Part shown: positions 22,257 to 33,995 of the stretch, piece after piece
Layout of the letters: every line of letters begins with the position of its first letter
Numbering within the stretch: position 1 is the first letter of the stretch
Assembly (NCBI RefSeq): GCF_046119375.1
Contig: NW_027362761.1
Span: forward strand, 1,145,512,001 to 1,145,576,000
Source: Phyllobates terribilis
Lineage: Eukaryota
Reading direction: 5' to 3'
Length of the DNA: 64,000 bases
The notes under the pieces: generated by a model
What the model saw: the letters and a program-made list of their open reading frames with translations, nothing else
Told to the model about the DNA's origin: nothing
Database searches by the model: none
Made by a program: the position numbers and the translations under genes

Positions 22257-25200
22257 TTAAGGCATTTTTATTAAAAGTTAAAAGTTTACATACATTTCAT
22301 TAGTATTTGATACCATTGCCCTTAAACTGAATGACTTGGGTCAGACGTTTGGGATACCCTTCCACAAGCTTCTCACAATAGTTGGTTGGAATTTGGGCCC
22401 ATTCCTCCTGACAAAACTGGTGTAACTGATCCAGGTTTGTAGGTCGCCGTGCTCGCAGCCTTTTCAGCTTTGCTCATACATTTTCAATAGGATTGAGATC
22501 AGGGCTTTGTGATGGCCACTCCAAAACATTGACTTTGTTATACTTTGGCCACTTTGTTACCATTTTGGCAGTATGCTTCGGGTCATTGTCCATTTGGAAG
22601 ACCCATTTCCGCCCAAGCTTTAACTTCGTGGCTGATGTCTTGAGATGTTGCTTCAGTATTGCCACATAATCTGCTCTTCTCATGATGCCATCTATTTTGT
22701 GAAGTACACCGGTCCCTCCTGCAGCAAAACAACCCCACAACTGTTGCTGCCACCCACATGTTTCACAGTTGGGATGGTGTTCTTAGGCTTCTAATCTTCT
22801 GCCTTTTTCCTCCAAACGTAACGATGGTCATTATGCCCAAAAAGTTCAATTTTAGTTTCATCAGACCACAGGACAGGTCTCCAAAAATTAAGGTCTTTGT
22901 TCCTGTGTGCATCTGCAAAAATTAATCTGGCTTTTGTAGGTTTCTTTTGGAGTAATGGCTTCTTCCTGGCAGAGTGGCCTTTCAGCCCATGTTGATACAG
23001 TACTCATTTCACTGTGGTTATTGACACAATCTTACCAGCTTCTGCCATCATCTTCACAAGGTCTTTCTTTTGTACTTGGGTTGATATGCACATGTCAGAC
23101 CAAAGCACATTCATCTCTGGGACACAGAACCCATCTCTTTCCTGAGTGGTATGATGGCTGGACATTCCCATCTTGTTTGTATTTGCGTATAATTGTTTGT
23201 ACAGATGAATGAGGCACCTTCAGGTATCCTGAAATTGTACCCAAGGATGAGCCGGACTTGTGCAAGTCCACAATTCTCTTCCTGATATCTTGGCTGATTT
23301 GTTTAGACTTTCCCATGATGCTACACAAAGAAGCAGTGTGTTTCAGGTGCGCATTAAAATACATCCACAGGTGTGTCTCTAATTAACTCAGATGTTGCCA
23401 AAAAAAAAAAAAAAAAAAACTATCAGAAGCTTCCAAACACATGACATTGTCATATGGGCAGTCGAGAATTGTTTAAAGGCATAGTAATCTTAGTGTATGT
23501 AAACTTTTGACTTTGCAGTAATAAACATTCTCTCTCTCTCATTATTCTGCCATTTGGCAAATATAAAAAATGATGGTAATCCTAACTGACCTAAAACGGG
23601 AAAAGTGTATTCTGATTTCATGTCAGAAATTGAGAAATACATGCAGATGTGTCTTTTTATATAGAGTATGGAAACTTCTGGTTTCAACTGTATATGCTGC
23701 ATTTTACAGTGACAGCAAAATAGAAATACCATCCAAGATCTCAAAACTTCATTCACACTGCGTTATTTTCCTTGCGTTTTTTTCTTTTCATTTTACCTGT
23801 TTCATTTTACCTGCTTTCTTGTTTAGTTTTTTTTTTTATTACAGCATGTCAATTCTTTACAGCAGGTTTCACCCCCATCGAAATCAAAAATGGGTTGGCA
23901 GCAAAAACTTCACCAAAAATGTATTAAAAAAAAAGAAAAAAAAAGCGCACAACTTACATTGAGGTTTTATGGACCGTAGTCTGCGTTTTTCATGCAGAGT
24001 AATTTAAAAAAAAAAGCAGTTTGTGAACATACCTTTAGGGTTCAAACTTGTCTAGCATATCATCCAGATTAGTTTGGATCACTTTTACCCTGCAATGTTC
24101 ATCAATTCCAGGCACATAAAGATACAGTTTACATCTACAGCCAATTGTTGCTCCTCTTACTGCAGATTGTAAGATGGCACCAGTGGCATAATGAAGAAAG
24201 CCGGCGTCCTTTCAATGGTTATGTGTACGAAGACGTTCTGCTATTAAGTCAATAAAAAGAAGTGAAAATCCCCAGACCTCAATCTCATCAATGGTGACTC
24301 CCCCACCCTGAGGAGGGGTCTGCCACCGATCTGTGTGGAGCCTTTGTCTTCTGAATAGAGATCTCACAAATGAGGAAAGTCTATTCAAAATGGCAAGATA
24401 CAAGGCTCTTATGGGTGATGGCGACTGGCATCAGGGCAGGTGGCTCCAACCCCCTTCAGCAAAAAAATAAAAAAGGAGACTGAAAAAAAAAAAGAAGCTT
24501 TGTGCCATAATGGACTTCTGCCAGAATCAGCTCACTGACATGGGGATACTTTATTATTTTTAATTTTGTAAAACCCCCTGTAATTTTTCTGCTAAATGTT
24601 CCCAAATCTGCATTAATATCCCATTACATTGGCTTCTATAATCAGGAAGCCGCCATATACCGACTATCAGCCGATCTCGCCGTAAAGGGAATGTGTTATC
24701 AGAAAATGACCTTTTTTTTTTTTTTTTAAATAATTTTTTTTTTTATGTTTCATGTATTTAGAAACAATTTTTGGCAATATTTTTTTCCATAACAATCTTT
24801 ATTAAAAAATAAAATCAGTAATTTTGCAATTTTGACACTGGACACTGGGGATATTTTTCAGACTCATACTTCTTGTCCTTTCAGGAAAAGTTTTCAGCAG
24901 GCTCCTTATCATAAGAGGCAGGATTACAATGACTGATAAGACCTGTATACACAGCTGACAAAGGATTCACCAATCACAATATTTGATATCACAGCTCACC
25001 TTTGCACACGCTCATTAGCTGCTTCATTACAAAACAACCTCAGAGTTTGTTCATTGCTACTAATGTACATGTGCATTTCTTGAAACAAAACTGGCTAGTG
25101 TGAAAACTGCAAGATTTATAATTTTTAATAAAGATAGCAATATGGGGAAAAAAAAAAACATTGCCAAAATGTTTTTTTAAAAAATACATTTAAATACAAA

Positions 25201-26299
25201 AAAACTTGATGTAAACACTAGGTCGTTTTCAGATTATATTCTCTTTAAAAAGAGGCTTTTTCCTTTTCAGGAAAGTTGTGTCCACAGCAAATTTTTTGTA
25301 GTTTAAAAAAAAAAAAAAAAAAAAAAGTAGTTTACCCACCATCCCTGGGTCCATTACCGCAGCAAATCGATGACCTCTGCCCCTGTAAATGCTGAGCTTA
25401 CTGATGGGATGCTGCATTGTTGATCTAACACTAGCGCTGCAGACAACAGACTGAGGGCAGAGGTGGAGATTAGACTCTGGACCTGGGGAGGATGAGTAAA
25501 GTAATTTTTTTTTTTTTTTTCAACAAACTGCCCCTGGGAACACAATATTTCTGAAAACCCCTTTAAGATTGCAAGCACATGGTCATACTTTAGTGTTCTT
25601 AAGTATGGCCATCTGCAGGTAGAGAGTTCAACTTTTCTGAATACGAGCCTCCTGTGCGATGCTGCCATAGATTATGTTACAGGTAGGAGCTCCATCAACA
25701 CCCTCCTTATATCTTATCCCCACGTAACATCAGCCTGGACAGCAGGTACGGGACAGTCCATTATTCAGTGCAGCTGTTGCCGTGACAATGGACAATTTTA
25801 TTTTGGCTGCTATTGTTTCCACTCATGTCTTTGGGATGTACAATGGACAAGCAGGGACACAGCTGACAGCAGGACTTCAGTGACCCTATATGCAACATCA
25901 GGGACTGTAGGCTGCAGTGGTGGTAATGACGGACGTCTCCATAACTGTAGACTAGTGCCACCTTGTATGGGAAATACTGGTGTAGCCTTGCGCTGATAAT
26001 GATCCAGGTCCATATTATTTCCTATTGGACAGCCAGACTATATCACCAGCGTTACAGCGGGAGGATGGGTGGAGGGGGCAAGAGGTCACCTTGATGGCAG
26101 ATCTGACCAGTAGTTGCACCTCTATTGCCATTTCCCTAGTAAAGGTAAGGGCGACCTCTGGGGTCATCACTTTGTCAGATCTATTTTGGATTAACCAGAA
26201 CTTAAGGAGTTCTCCGTTGCCGCTCACTTCCAGAACAGGAGTCTAAGGCCGTGAAAAAACAGACCATACTCCATCTGGAAGAATGAGCCTGACTGCCGT

Positions 26300-29200
26300 C
26301 TCCTCCGTCCTGCTTCATTTATGCCTATGAAGCATTTCCATCAGGTTCAAAAAGGCTTTTGGAACCAAAATTTATTTTTTTTTGCTAGGAAGTTATAAGG
26401 GTTAAAAGTTGACCAGAGGGTCATAAAGTCTTGTTTTTTGAAGACTATTCCATAGAGGTAACCAGAAAACGCAAGGCTTTCAGCCCCATTTGCACCAGAC
26501 TCCATAAAGAAAAAATCCGCTTCCAACTCCGATACCCAGCCACATTATGATTGAAAGATTCAGATGGATCCTTCCGGGAATTTATTTCACCTGACAAGGC
26601 GGAGGTCTTTGTCAACAAGCTGTTGTGCCCAAGAGACAACCTAAAACGACCCCCACAAATGGACAACAGGTCCCACTACTCACAGACCCCAGAAGGATCT
26701 ACGAACCGGGTGCGCAAAGGAGAACAGAAAAATAATAATAAGACGACAAGTAAAGTTAAATAAGAAATGATTTTCCTTCCTTGCAGACATACTGAGGTAG
26801 ACTGTCGTCTTATTTGTCATATTATTATCGGAACTTTTGCCCCCTTCATCTCCGAATTTTTGGGGCTTTGTTGACATATTGCATTTGGTGGAAGGGGGAG
26901 AGGTGAGGGTGAGGCGAAAGCATGGACAAAGGAAAGAAATACAACATAATGGAAATGACGGAATTACTAGTAGTTATATACACATGGTCGGGCAGAAGTG
27001 AAGCCCAGGAAAAAGGTCCTTCCCGGCAAGATGGAGCAAAATGTTCCCACTCTTGCTGGGACTAATATGTTGTGTTATATATGTTACTTACTGTTCAAAT
27101 TTAGTATATAAGGCTGAATTCTATGTTTGTTTTCTTGTTCGTTCTTGCTTTCTTTTATGTAATCTAACTGCATGCCATCATAGCCATATGATTGTCTCTC
27201 CAGTTATACTTACCTACTTCAACTCTGAATAGGACTATTGTGACCAGGAATGTTAAAGGACTGAGACCCCCCCAAAAACGCATGAAAATCCTTCGGCATT
27301 TAAAACGCCTAAAACCGGATATAGCCCTCCTACAGGAGACGCACCTTCCAGAAGTTGATTTCCCCAGGATGAAGAAACTATGGGTGGGTAGTGTCTATGG
27401 TTCCCCTTCAGTGGACAGAAGAGCTGGGGTCCTAATCCTCATTAATAAACATTACACACACCAAATCATTAGCCAACAGACAATGAGGGTAGACTGGCCC
27501 ACCTAATAATATCTACGCTGGAGGGGGTTTTCTCTATCTACAACATATATGCCCCCAATGCAGGGAACAACTGGAGACTAAACTCCTACTGGACTCCAAT
27601 CCTAATAAAGTAGCGGGAGGTGACTTCAACTCGGTGGCCTCAGTTCCTGAGGATAGGGAAAATATCACAGGTGCCCGTCAAACAATAACTATTCATGACA
27701 AAGAGCTTTTGCCCCTTATGTCTGCCTGTTAGCTGACGGATTCCTGGAGACTTCTCAACCCTAGTAACAGAGAATATACTCACTTTTCACAAGCAAATGA
27801 TTCATGGTCTCGGATCGACTATATACAGTACTTGTCTCCCCCTCTATGGTATCCAAATTAATTACATATTACTGACATAGTCATATCAGATCATGCCCCA
27901 GTAACTATTCAGTTATCCAAGACCTTCCCCGGGGCTCTGACTTTCTTTGGAGATTTCCTAACTACTTTTGCAAAGAGGAATCGTTCATCTTCTCTCTCAA
28001 ACTATGGTGGCAGGAGATCATCCCGGATAACTCGGTGCACCAGGATGACCCTATGCTTTTAGGGGAGACGGCGAAGGCGGTACTTCAGGGGAAAATTCTG
28101 GCATATACATTTTCCCAGAAAATAAAAAAAAAAAATGCTTAAAAAATATAGTGAACTCTCCACTGAGCTAAAACGAGCCTACACCAAATTCTTACTTGAC
28201 CCATCCCTCATAAATAAGGAACACTGGTCACAAAAAGACACAATTTAATCTCTATGCAGATTTAAGGGAAAAATTTTAATCTTTCTAAGTCAGAAACCTA
28301 CTTCTATAGATTTGGAATTCAGCCAGGACTGATGCTAGCTAATTTAGCTAAAGGAATGAAGAAACCACAAGGAATATTCCAGCTAAGAAACTCAAAAGGA
28401 GAGATTCACACCAACCCTAAAACAATAAAGGAGATCTTAGGCTCGGTTTATAAAGACCTAGAAGACCTATACAAAACCCAAAACAAACCCCCTCCGCCAC
28501 ACTTACACTCCTGGACAAGGTAAAGCTGCCCACCTTCTCAGAGGAACAAAGGTGCATGCTGAATAAACCTATATCCGCAGAGGAGGTCACCAATAAAATT
28601 AAAAACTTGAGTCTAAACAAAGCCCCCCAGCCCTGATGGCTATACGAACGAATTCCTTAAATCGCTGGTGGTAGAAATCTCCCCAATGTTGGTGCCGATC
28701 TTTAATAAAATCTCAAGTTTATCCCATTTTTCCATCCGCAAACATGGCATACAGTACAGACCAAAAGTTTGGACACACCTTCTCATTTAAAGATTTTTCT
28801 GTATTTTCATGACTATGAAAATTGTACATTCACACTGAAGGCATCAAAACTATGAATTAACACATGTGGAATTATATACTTAACAAAAAAGTGTGAAACA
28901 ACTGAAAATATGTCTTATATTCTAGGTTCTTCACAGTAGCCACCTTTTGCTTTGATGACTGCTTTGCACACTCTTAGCGGTGTCCTTTTTTTCAGAAGTG
29001 CACAAAACTGTGGCCAACCGCACTTTTATGCACGCCTAAATAAACTGACACCGTGGGATCACAGGCCAGACGGCATCCACAGTGGCCTATATCTGCCTCA
29101 TTACAGGGAATCAGTGTGAATGTACAATTTTTAAAGTCATGAAAATACAGAAAAATCTTTAAATGAGAAGGTGTGTCCAAACTTTTGGTCTGTACTGTAT

Positions 29201-29690
29201 ATTAAATTATTAAAGCCAGATAAAGACCCTGTGTCCTCCAGTTCTTATAGGCCAATCTCTCTCATTAATGCAGATATCAACATCATGTCCAAAATAATGG
29301 CAGATAGACTGGCCTCCATATTGCCCAACCTGATATCTCCTGCTCAAGCGGGTTTTATTAAGGGCCGATCAGCTACTTTGAATATAAGAAAGGTACTCTT
29401 GGTTCTAGGTAAAATCCACACCTCACCTAACTTAAAAAACTCCCCAGCAATCATCTCATTAGACGCAGAAAAGGCCTTTGATAACATAAATTGGGAATGG
29501 CTATATAAGGTACTAACAAAAATGTCATTAACAGGCCCCTTCTTTAACTACATACGTAATTTATACGCATCTCCAAAGGCTCAGGTTTACACTCCAGGCT
29601 TTTTGTCCACTCCCTTTCCCTTGGAAAAAGGAACGAGACAAGGCTGTCCATTGTCCCCCTTCCTGTTCAATTTAGCTCTGGAACCCTCAG
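26300..29690 (+). mobile_element. Decayed L1/Tx1-clade LINE, antisense within TADA2B intron 1
   Basis: ORF1 C-terminus (FFEDYSIEVTRKRKAF...RFQLRYPA); APE domain (RNVKGL..LLQETHL); RT domain (YRPISLIN, SLDAEKAFD, GTRQGCPLSP); many stops and frameshifts; cut off by a MITE at about 29690. Confidence 0.88.
28752..29197. mobile_element. Tc1-derived chimeric MITE inserted in L1 ORF2
   Basis: TA duplication; about 87-bp TIRs (CAGTACAGACCAAAAGTTTGGACACACC); the L1 reading (MAY|IKLLKPDKDP) resumes across it. Confidence 0.88.
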
Positions 29691-32496
29691 GCTATGTGCC
29701 CACGTAGCAGATTTGATGCAGAGCGTTTTTGCCTCTCTCTGGCAGAAAAAAAACCGCATGCAGATTTACATGCGTTTTTTCAAGCAGTTTTCCAACCGAT
29801 TTTGAGCATCACTTGGAAAAGTGCTTGACAAGTTGGTCACACAATATAAATCCATGCAACCGGCATGGATTTATAATGTGTGAACAACTGATGCTTTAAA
29901 TGCAGCATCTATAGTAAAAAAAAGAGAATTAAAACGTTAAAAATAAACAAAATCTGTATACTCACCTCTCCGGCGGCCCCCAGTCTGCTCCTGGCCACGT
30001 CCTCTCTCTTCGGGGTCCTGCAGTGTGCTGTCAGGACCTGCGGTGACGTCATTTAGTCAGCTGATGGTCACGCGACCATCACCTGACCGCCGCCGTCAGC
30101 GGTCGCGTGACAATCAGGTGACAAATGACGTCACCGCAGGTCCTGACAGTACACCGCGGGACGCCAAGGAGAGAGAACGTGGCCGGGAGCAGACCGGGGG
30201 CAGCCGGAGAGGTGAATGTACAGGTTTTGTTTATTTCTTTTTTTCACCGCGGGGTAGCCGGTATGAGGAGGAGTTGTAGTCTCCTCTTCATCCTGGGTAT
30301 CACACGCACCGCGATTACGCTGCAAATTCGCGGCCATTGAATTTAACTGAAATGCAGCAAATCCACATATACCTGCGGGTTTGCTGCATTTCAATGTTCC
30401 TCAATGGCCGCGAATTTGCAGCGGAATTGCGATAGAAATGGTCATGCTGCGTTTTGCGACGCAATGCGAATTAAATAAATAAAGAATTCTAACTTTTTCC
30501 ACAAAAATGATCTTTTAGCCCCAATTTTTTATTTTCACAAGGTTAAGAGGAGAAAATGGACCCCAAAAGTTGTTGTGCAACTTCTCCTGAATAAGCAGAT
30601 ACCCAATATGCGGGGAAAACCCACTGTTTGGGCGCACGGCAGGGTTCAGAAGGGAAGGTGTATAGTGCACATTTTGATGCACCAAGTAACGCGAGTGCTC
30701 AATTGACATGTTCGAGTCCCCACCCGCATGTTTCATGGTTGTTAGACATCCAAAAAAAAGATGTGGGGATTGCTCGTATATGGCAGGCAATCCCCGCTTG
30801 ATTTTCGTGTTTTTTTTTTTTTTGCTGTATAACAGCTGCGAAACATGGGGGGCCTCGAGCATGTCACTCGAGCACCAGCGATACTCTGTGCGCACCCGAT
30901 GCAAACTCAAGTAGTGAGCACTTGCTCTCAGCACTAGTCACCATATCATCATCATTTTTATTTCTTTACTTTTGAAAAAATCCCAACCACAACCCTATCC
31001 CAAGGGATCTATTCACTATAATGAGGCAGCAGAGTTACTCTGTGGTCCATCTGGCCTTTGTTTAGCGGTGTCCTTTTTTTTCAAAAGTTCACAAAACTGT
31101 AGACGACGGCACTTTTATGCACCCTTAATAAAAAAGATGGACATCGTGGGATCACAGGGCAGACAGCGTCCACGGTGTCTCCATCTGCCTCATTACAGGG
31201 AATCTTCCGCCAGGGATTCGGTCTGAATAATGTATTTCAGAGATTTACACGGAAACCCTAGTGTAAAATAATAAAGGAGTGCTCATATTACTCCCTTCCC
31301 AACACTTCCTAGGTCACCAGCCTCTGTACACTAAAGCATTTTAGCCAATAACTGGCTGCAGCAGTGACCAATATGTGACTGGTTACACCAACATTAGGAC
31401 CTACTAGGAATCACAGAAACTGGTGGGGAACCTGGGAACGGCAGGAGATTGGAACCAGTTTGTTAAAAAAAAAACACACACAACAACAACAACAACAACA
31501 CACACACACCCACTAATTTAGTTGCTGGAGAACCTCCTTAATTTATATATGTCATAATCAATATTAATAAAAAAATAAATATAAAAGACAATAGTCTGCC
31601 CTCCATACAGGGTAGGTTATACGGCAGACACCTACCTCTAACGGCATCAACCAGAGCTAGCTCCGATCACTGCTGTTTAACTAGTTAAAGGGATCGTCAG
31701 CACAGAATTACTGTTCAAACCAAGCACTGGTGCTCAGTACATCATGGCACGGCCAATCATATAACGACACCTTGCCACCTGCTTGTTTTCCCATCTATCT
31801 CCCCCTTATTTGATTGACAGCACTGGCTTCATAGAAGCAGAGATAGAAGGAAAACAAGAACTTAAATGACTGGCCACGCCACGATGCACTGAGCGCCTGT
31901 GCTTGGTTGGAACAGTCATCCTGTGCTGACAGAATCCCTTCAGGGTATGTGCACACCATCAGGAATGCTTGATGCTGCGTTCAAAGCGCTGCGCGCAGGT
32001 TAAGCCGCATGTGTTCATTGAACACATGCGGCTTCACCGCATCCTATCCATTGCACTGGTAGAATTTCTCTTGCGGAGACCAGCGACTCTGCAAGAGAAA
32101 TAGACATGCTGCGGTCTGTGAAGACGCGCCGCATGTCTGTCTCCGCGGGTGATCCGCAGGAGCACGGCAACACATAGTGGGCAGGGGATTTGTACAAATC
32201 CCATCCACTATGCTCTATCATCTGGCCGCTGCAGATTTCACTGTAAGTAAGAATCAAATCTATTACAATGTAGAATTATTTAATCCACAAGGTGAACCAT
32301 GGAAGGAGACAAAAAAAAAAAAAAAAGGGTTTTTTTGGTCACTGCACCCCTCCCTCCCAAAAAAAAACATACAAGAGACATAGATAAAAGCATTGTATTT
32401 ACCCAAAAGTGGAGCCAATAAAATCTTCAGCTCACCATGACACAAATCCTAACATAGCATCATAGACAAAAAATAAATACAATCGGTTTGTCTTGT

Positions 32497-32805
32497 NNNN
32501 NNNNNNNNNNNNNNNNNNNNNNNNNNNNNNNNNNNNNNNNNNNNNNNNNNNNNNNNNNNNNNNNNNNNNNNNNNNNNNNNNNNNNNNNNNNNNNNNNNNN
32601 NNNNNNNNNNNNNNNNNNNNNNNNNNNNNNNNNNNNNNNNNNNNNNNNNNNNNNNNNNNNNNNNNNNNNNNNNNNNNNNNNNNNNNNNNNNNNNNNNNNN
32701 NNNNNNNNNNNNNNNNNNNNNNNNNNNNNNNNNNNNNNNNNNNNNNNNNNNNNNNNNNNNNNNNNNNNNNNNNNNNNNNNNNNNNNNNNNNNNNNNNNNN
32801 NNNNN
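32497..32805. other. Assembly gap (309 N)
   Basis: N run. Confidence 1.
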
Positions 32806-33360
32806 TTTTTTATTTTAAGGTTCAGAGTTAATTAATTAATTTATTTTATTATTCATATATTTTTTTTTAAAGTTCACTTTTTTTTTTAAGCCACTACAAC
32901 ATGTGGCACGGCCATAATTGTTCTGACCTGGAGAAATATATTACTAGGCCGTTTTTACCGCACAATGAAAGCCGTGAAAAGGAAACCCCAAAAATAAAAA
33001 TCACAGTAAAATTATGCTTTTTTCCCACCACTTGGATTTTTCCCCCCTAATTTTTCACTACATTATATTAGAAAATAAACGGCGTCACTCAAAACTACAA
33101 CTTGTCCCGCAAAAAAAAAAAAAAAAAACCACACAGAAAAAGAGGAAAGAAAAAATAAGATAAAAGTTATGGCTATTGGGAAAAAAAAGCACAAATAATA
33201 AAAAATGGCTGTGGGAGGAAGGGGTTAACAATTTTATCAACTTTAAAAATGTGAAAATATATAGAAAAAGTTATATAAAATAAATTAAATACAAAAGTAA
33301 AATACAATGAATGGAGAGAAGAATAAAAAAAAAAAAAAAAAATAGAGATTTGCAGGAATG

Positions 33361-33374
33361 ATGGGAGTTGTAGT
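33361..33374 (-). promoter_or_regulatory. ZNF143-type motif ACTACAACTCCCAT in TADA2B intron 1
   Basis: Consensus match about 50 bp past the exon 1 donor, beside a bidirectional promoter. Confidence 0.5.
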
Positions 33375-33420
33375 GCTCTCGCACACCACCGCCACCTACA
33401 GGCCGCATGACACAACTTAC

Positions 33421-33690
33421 CCAGTTCCCAAAGCCGAACTGTTCGATGGCATCTAGCAGCAGCTGCTCTTCCCTGCTCGTCCAGCCTCCCTCCGCCTCGG
33501 GCCCCCATAGAGTGAAGCGCCCCCCGTCCACCAGCTGGTATCCATGCCACCGCCGGTGATTGCCAATCTCTGCCCCCGCCGAGAAGCACTCGGTGCACAG
33601 CTCGATGTCCTGGCACTCGGTGCAGCGGATGCGCAGGCTTGTCACGTCGTCCAGGCAGTAGACGCAGTACTTCTTGCCCAGGTCCGCCAT
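33421..33690 (-). CDS. TADA2B: TADA2B exon 1 (ZZ zinc finger and start of SANT)
   Basis: AAGATGGCGG start context; encodes MADLGKKYCVYC...CTECQDIELCTECF...FGFGNW; donor GTAAGT at 33420; 90 codons. Confidence 0.97.
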
Positions 33691-33995
33691 CTTGGCCGCC
33701 GAGCTGTTGTTGAGCTCAACCACTAAGGTACCCGCCTCCCACCGCTCGTTCCGCTCTACGCATGCTCCAGGAAACGTCTGCTCTCTCATAGGCTGAACGC
33801 TCAAAGCGCTCTGACGGTTGGTCGCTGGATTAGGGTTTCATGACGTCACTGTCCTTTAACCTATCAACTTCTGGTAATATAGCGAGTGATGCACCGTGGC
33901 TCCTCCCCTCAGAACGCGTCTCCATGGAAACCCACAGAAAGGTAAATACACAGGCTGTAGCCGTTTAGTCCGGGAGAAGGCAACGGCTCAGGAGC
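33691..33995. promoter_or_regulatory. TADA2B/CCDC96 bidirectional CpG promoter with CRE (33841-33848) and RFX X-box (33918-33931)
   Basis: The divergent ATGs are 305 bp apart. TGACGTCA palindrome; GTCTCCATGGAAAC fits GTYNCC-AT-GGNAAC. Confidence 0.75.

Larger units (their letters stand above)
20620..23690 (-). mobile_element. Sleeping Beauty-like Tc1 (DD34E, IR/DR) relic with three nested insertions in one inverted repeat
   Basis: CAGTTGAA terminus + TA at 23690; MGKSKQISQDIRKRIVDLHKSG start at 23316; WSDE and DNDPKH..SPDLNPIE fragments, frameshifted; partner IR split between 20620-20695 and about 22261-22300. Confidence 0.85.

Noticed and set aside
25354-26246. ORFs upstream of the L1 as an inverted ORF1 or separate gene
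   Set aside because: No L1 ORF1 or other motif recognised; only sequence from about 26300 onward is supportable as L1.
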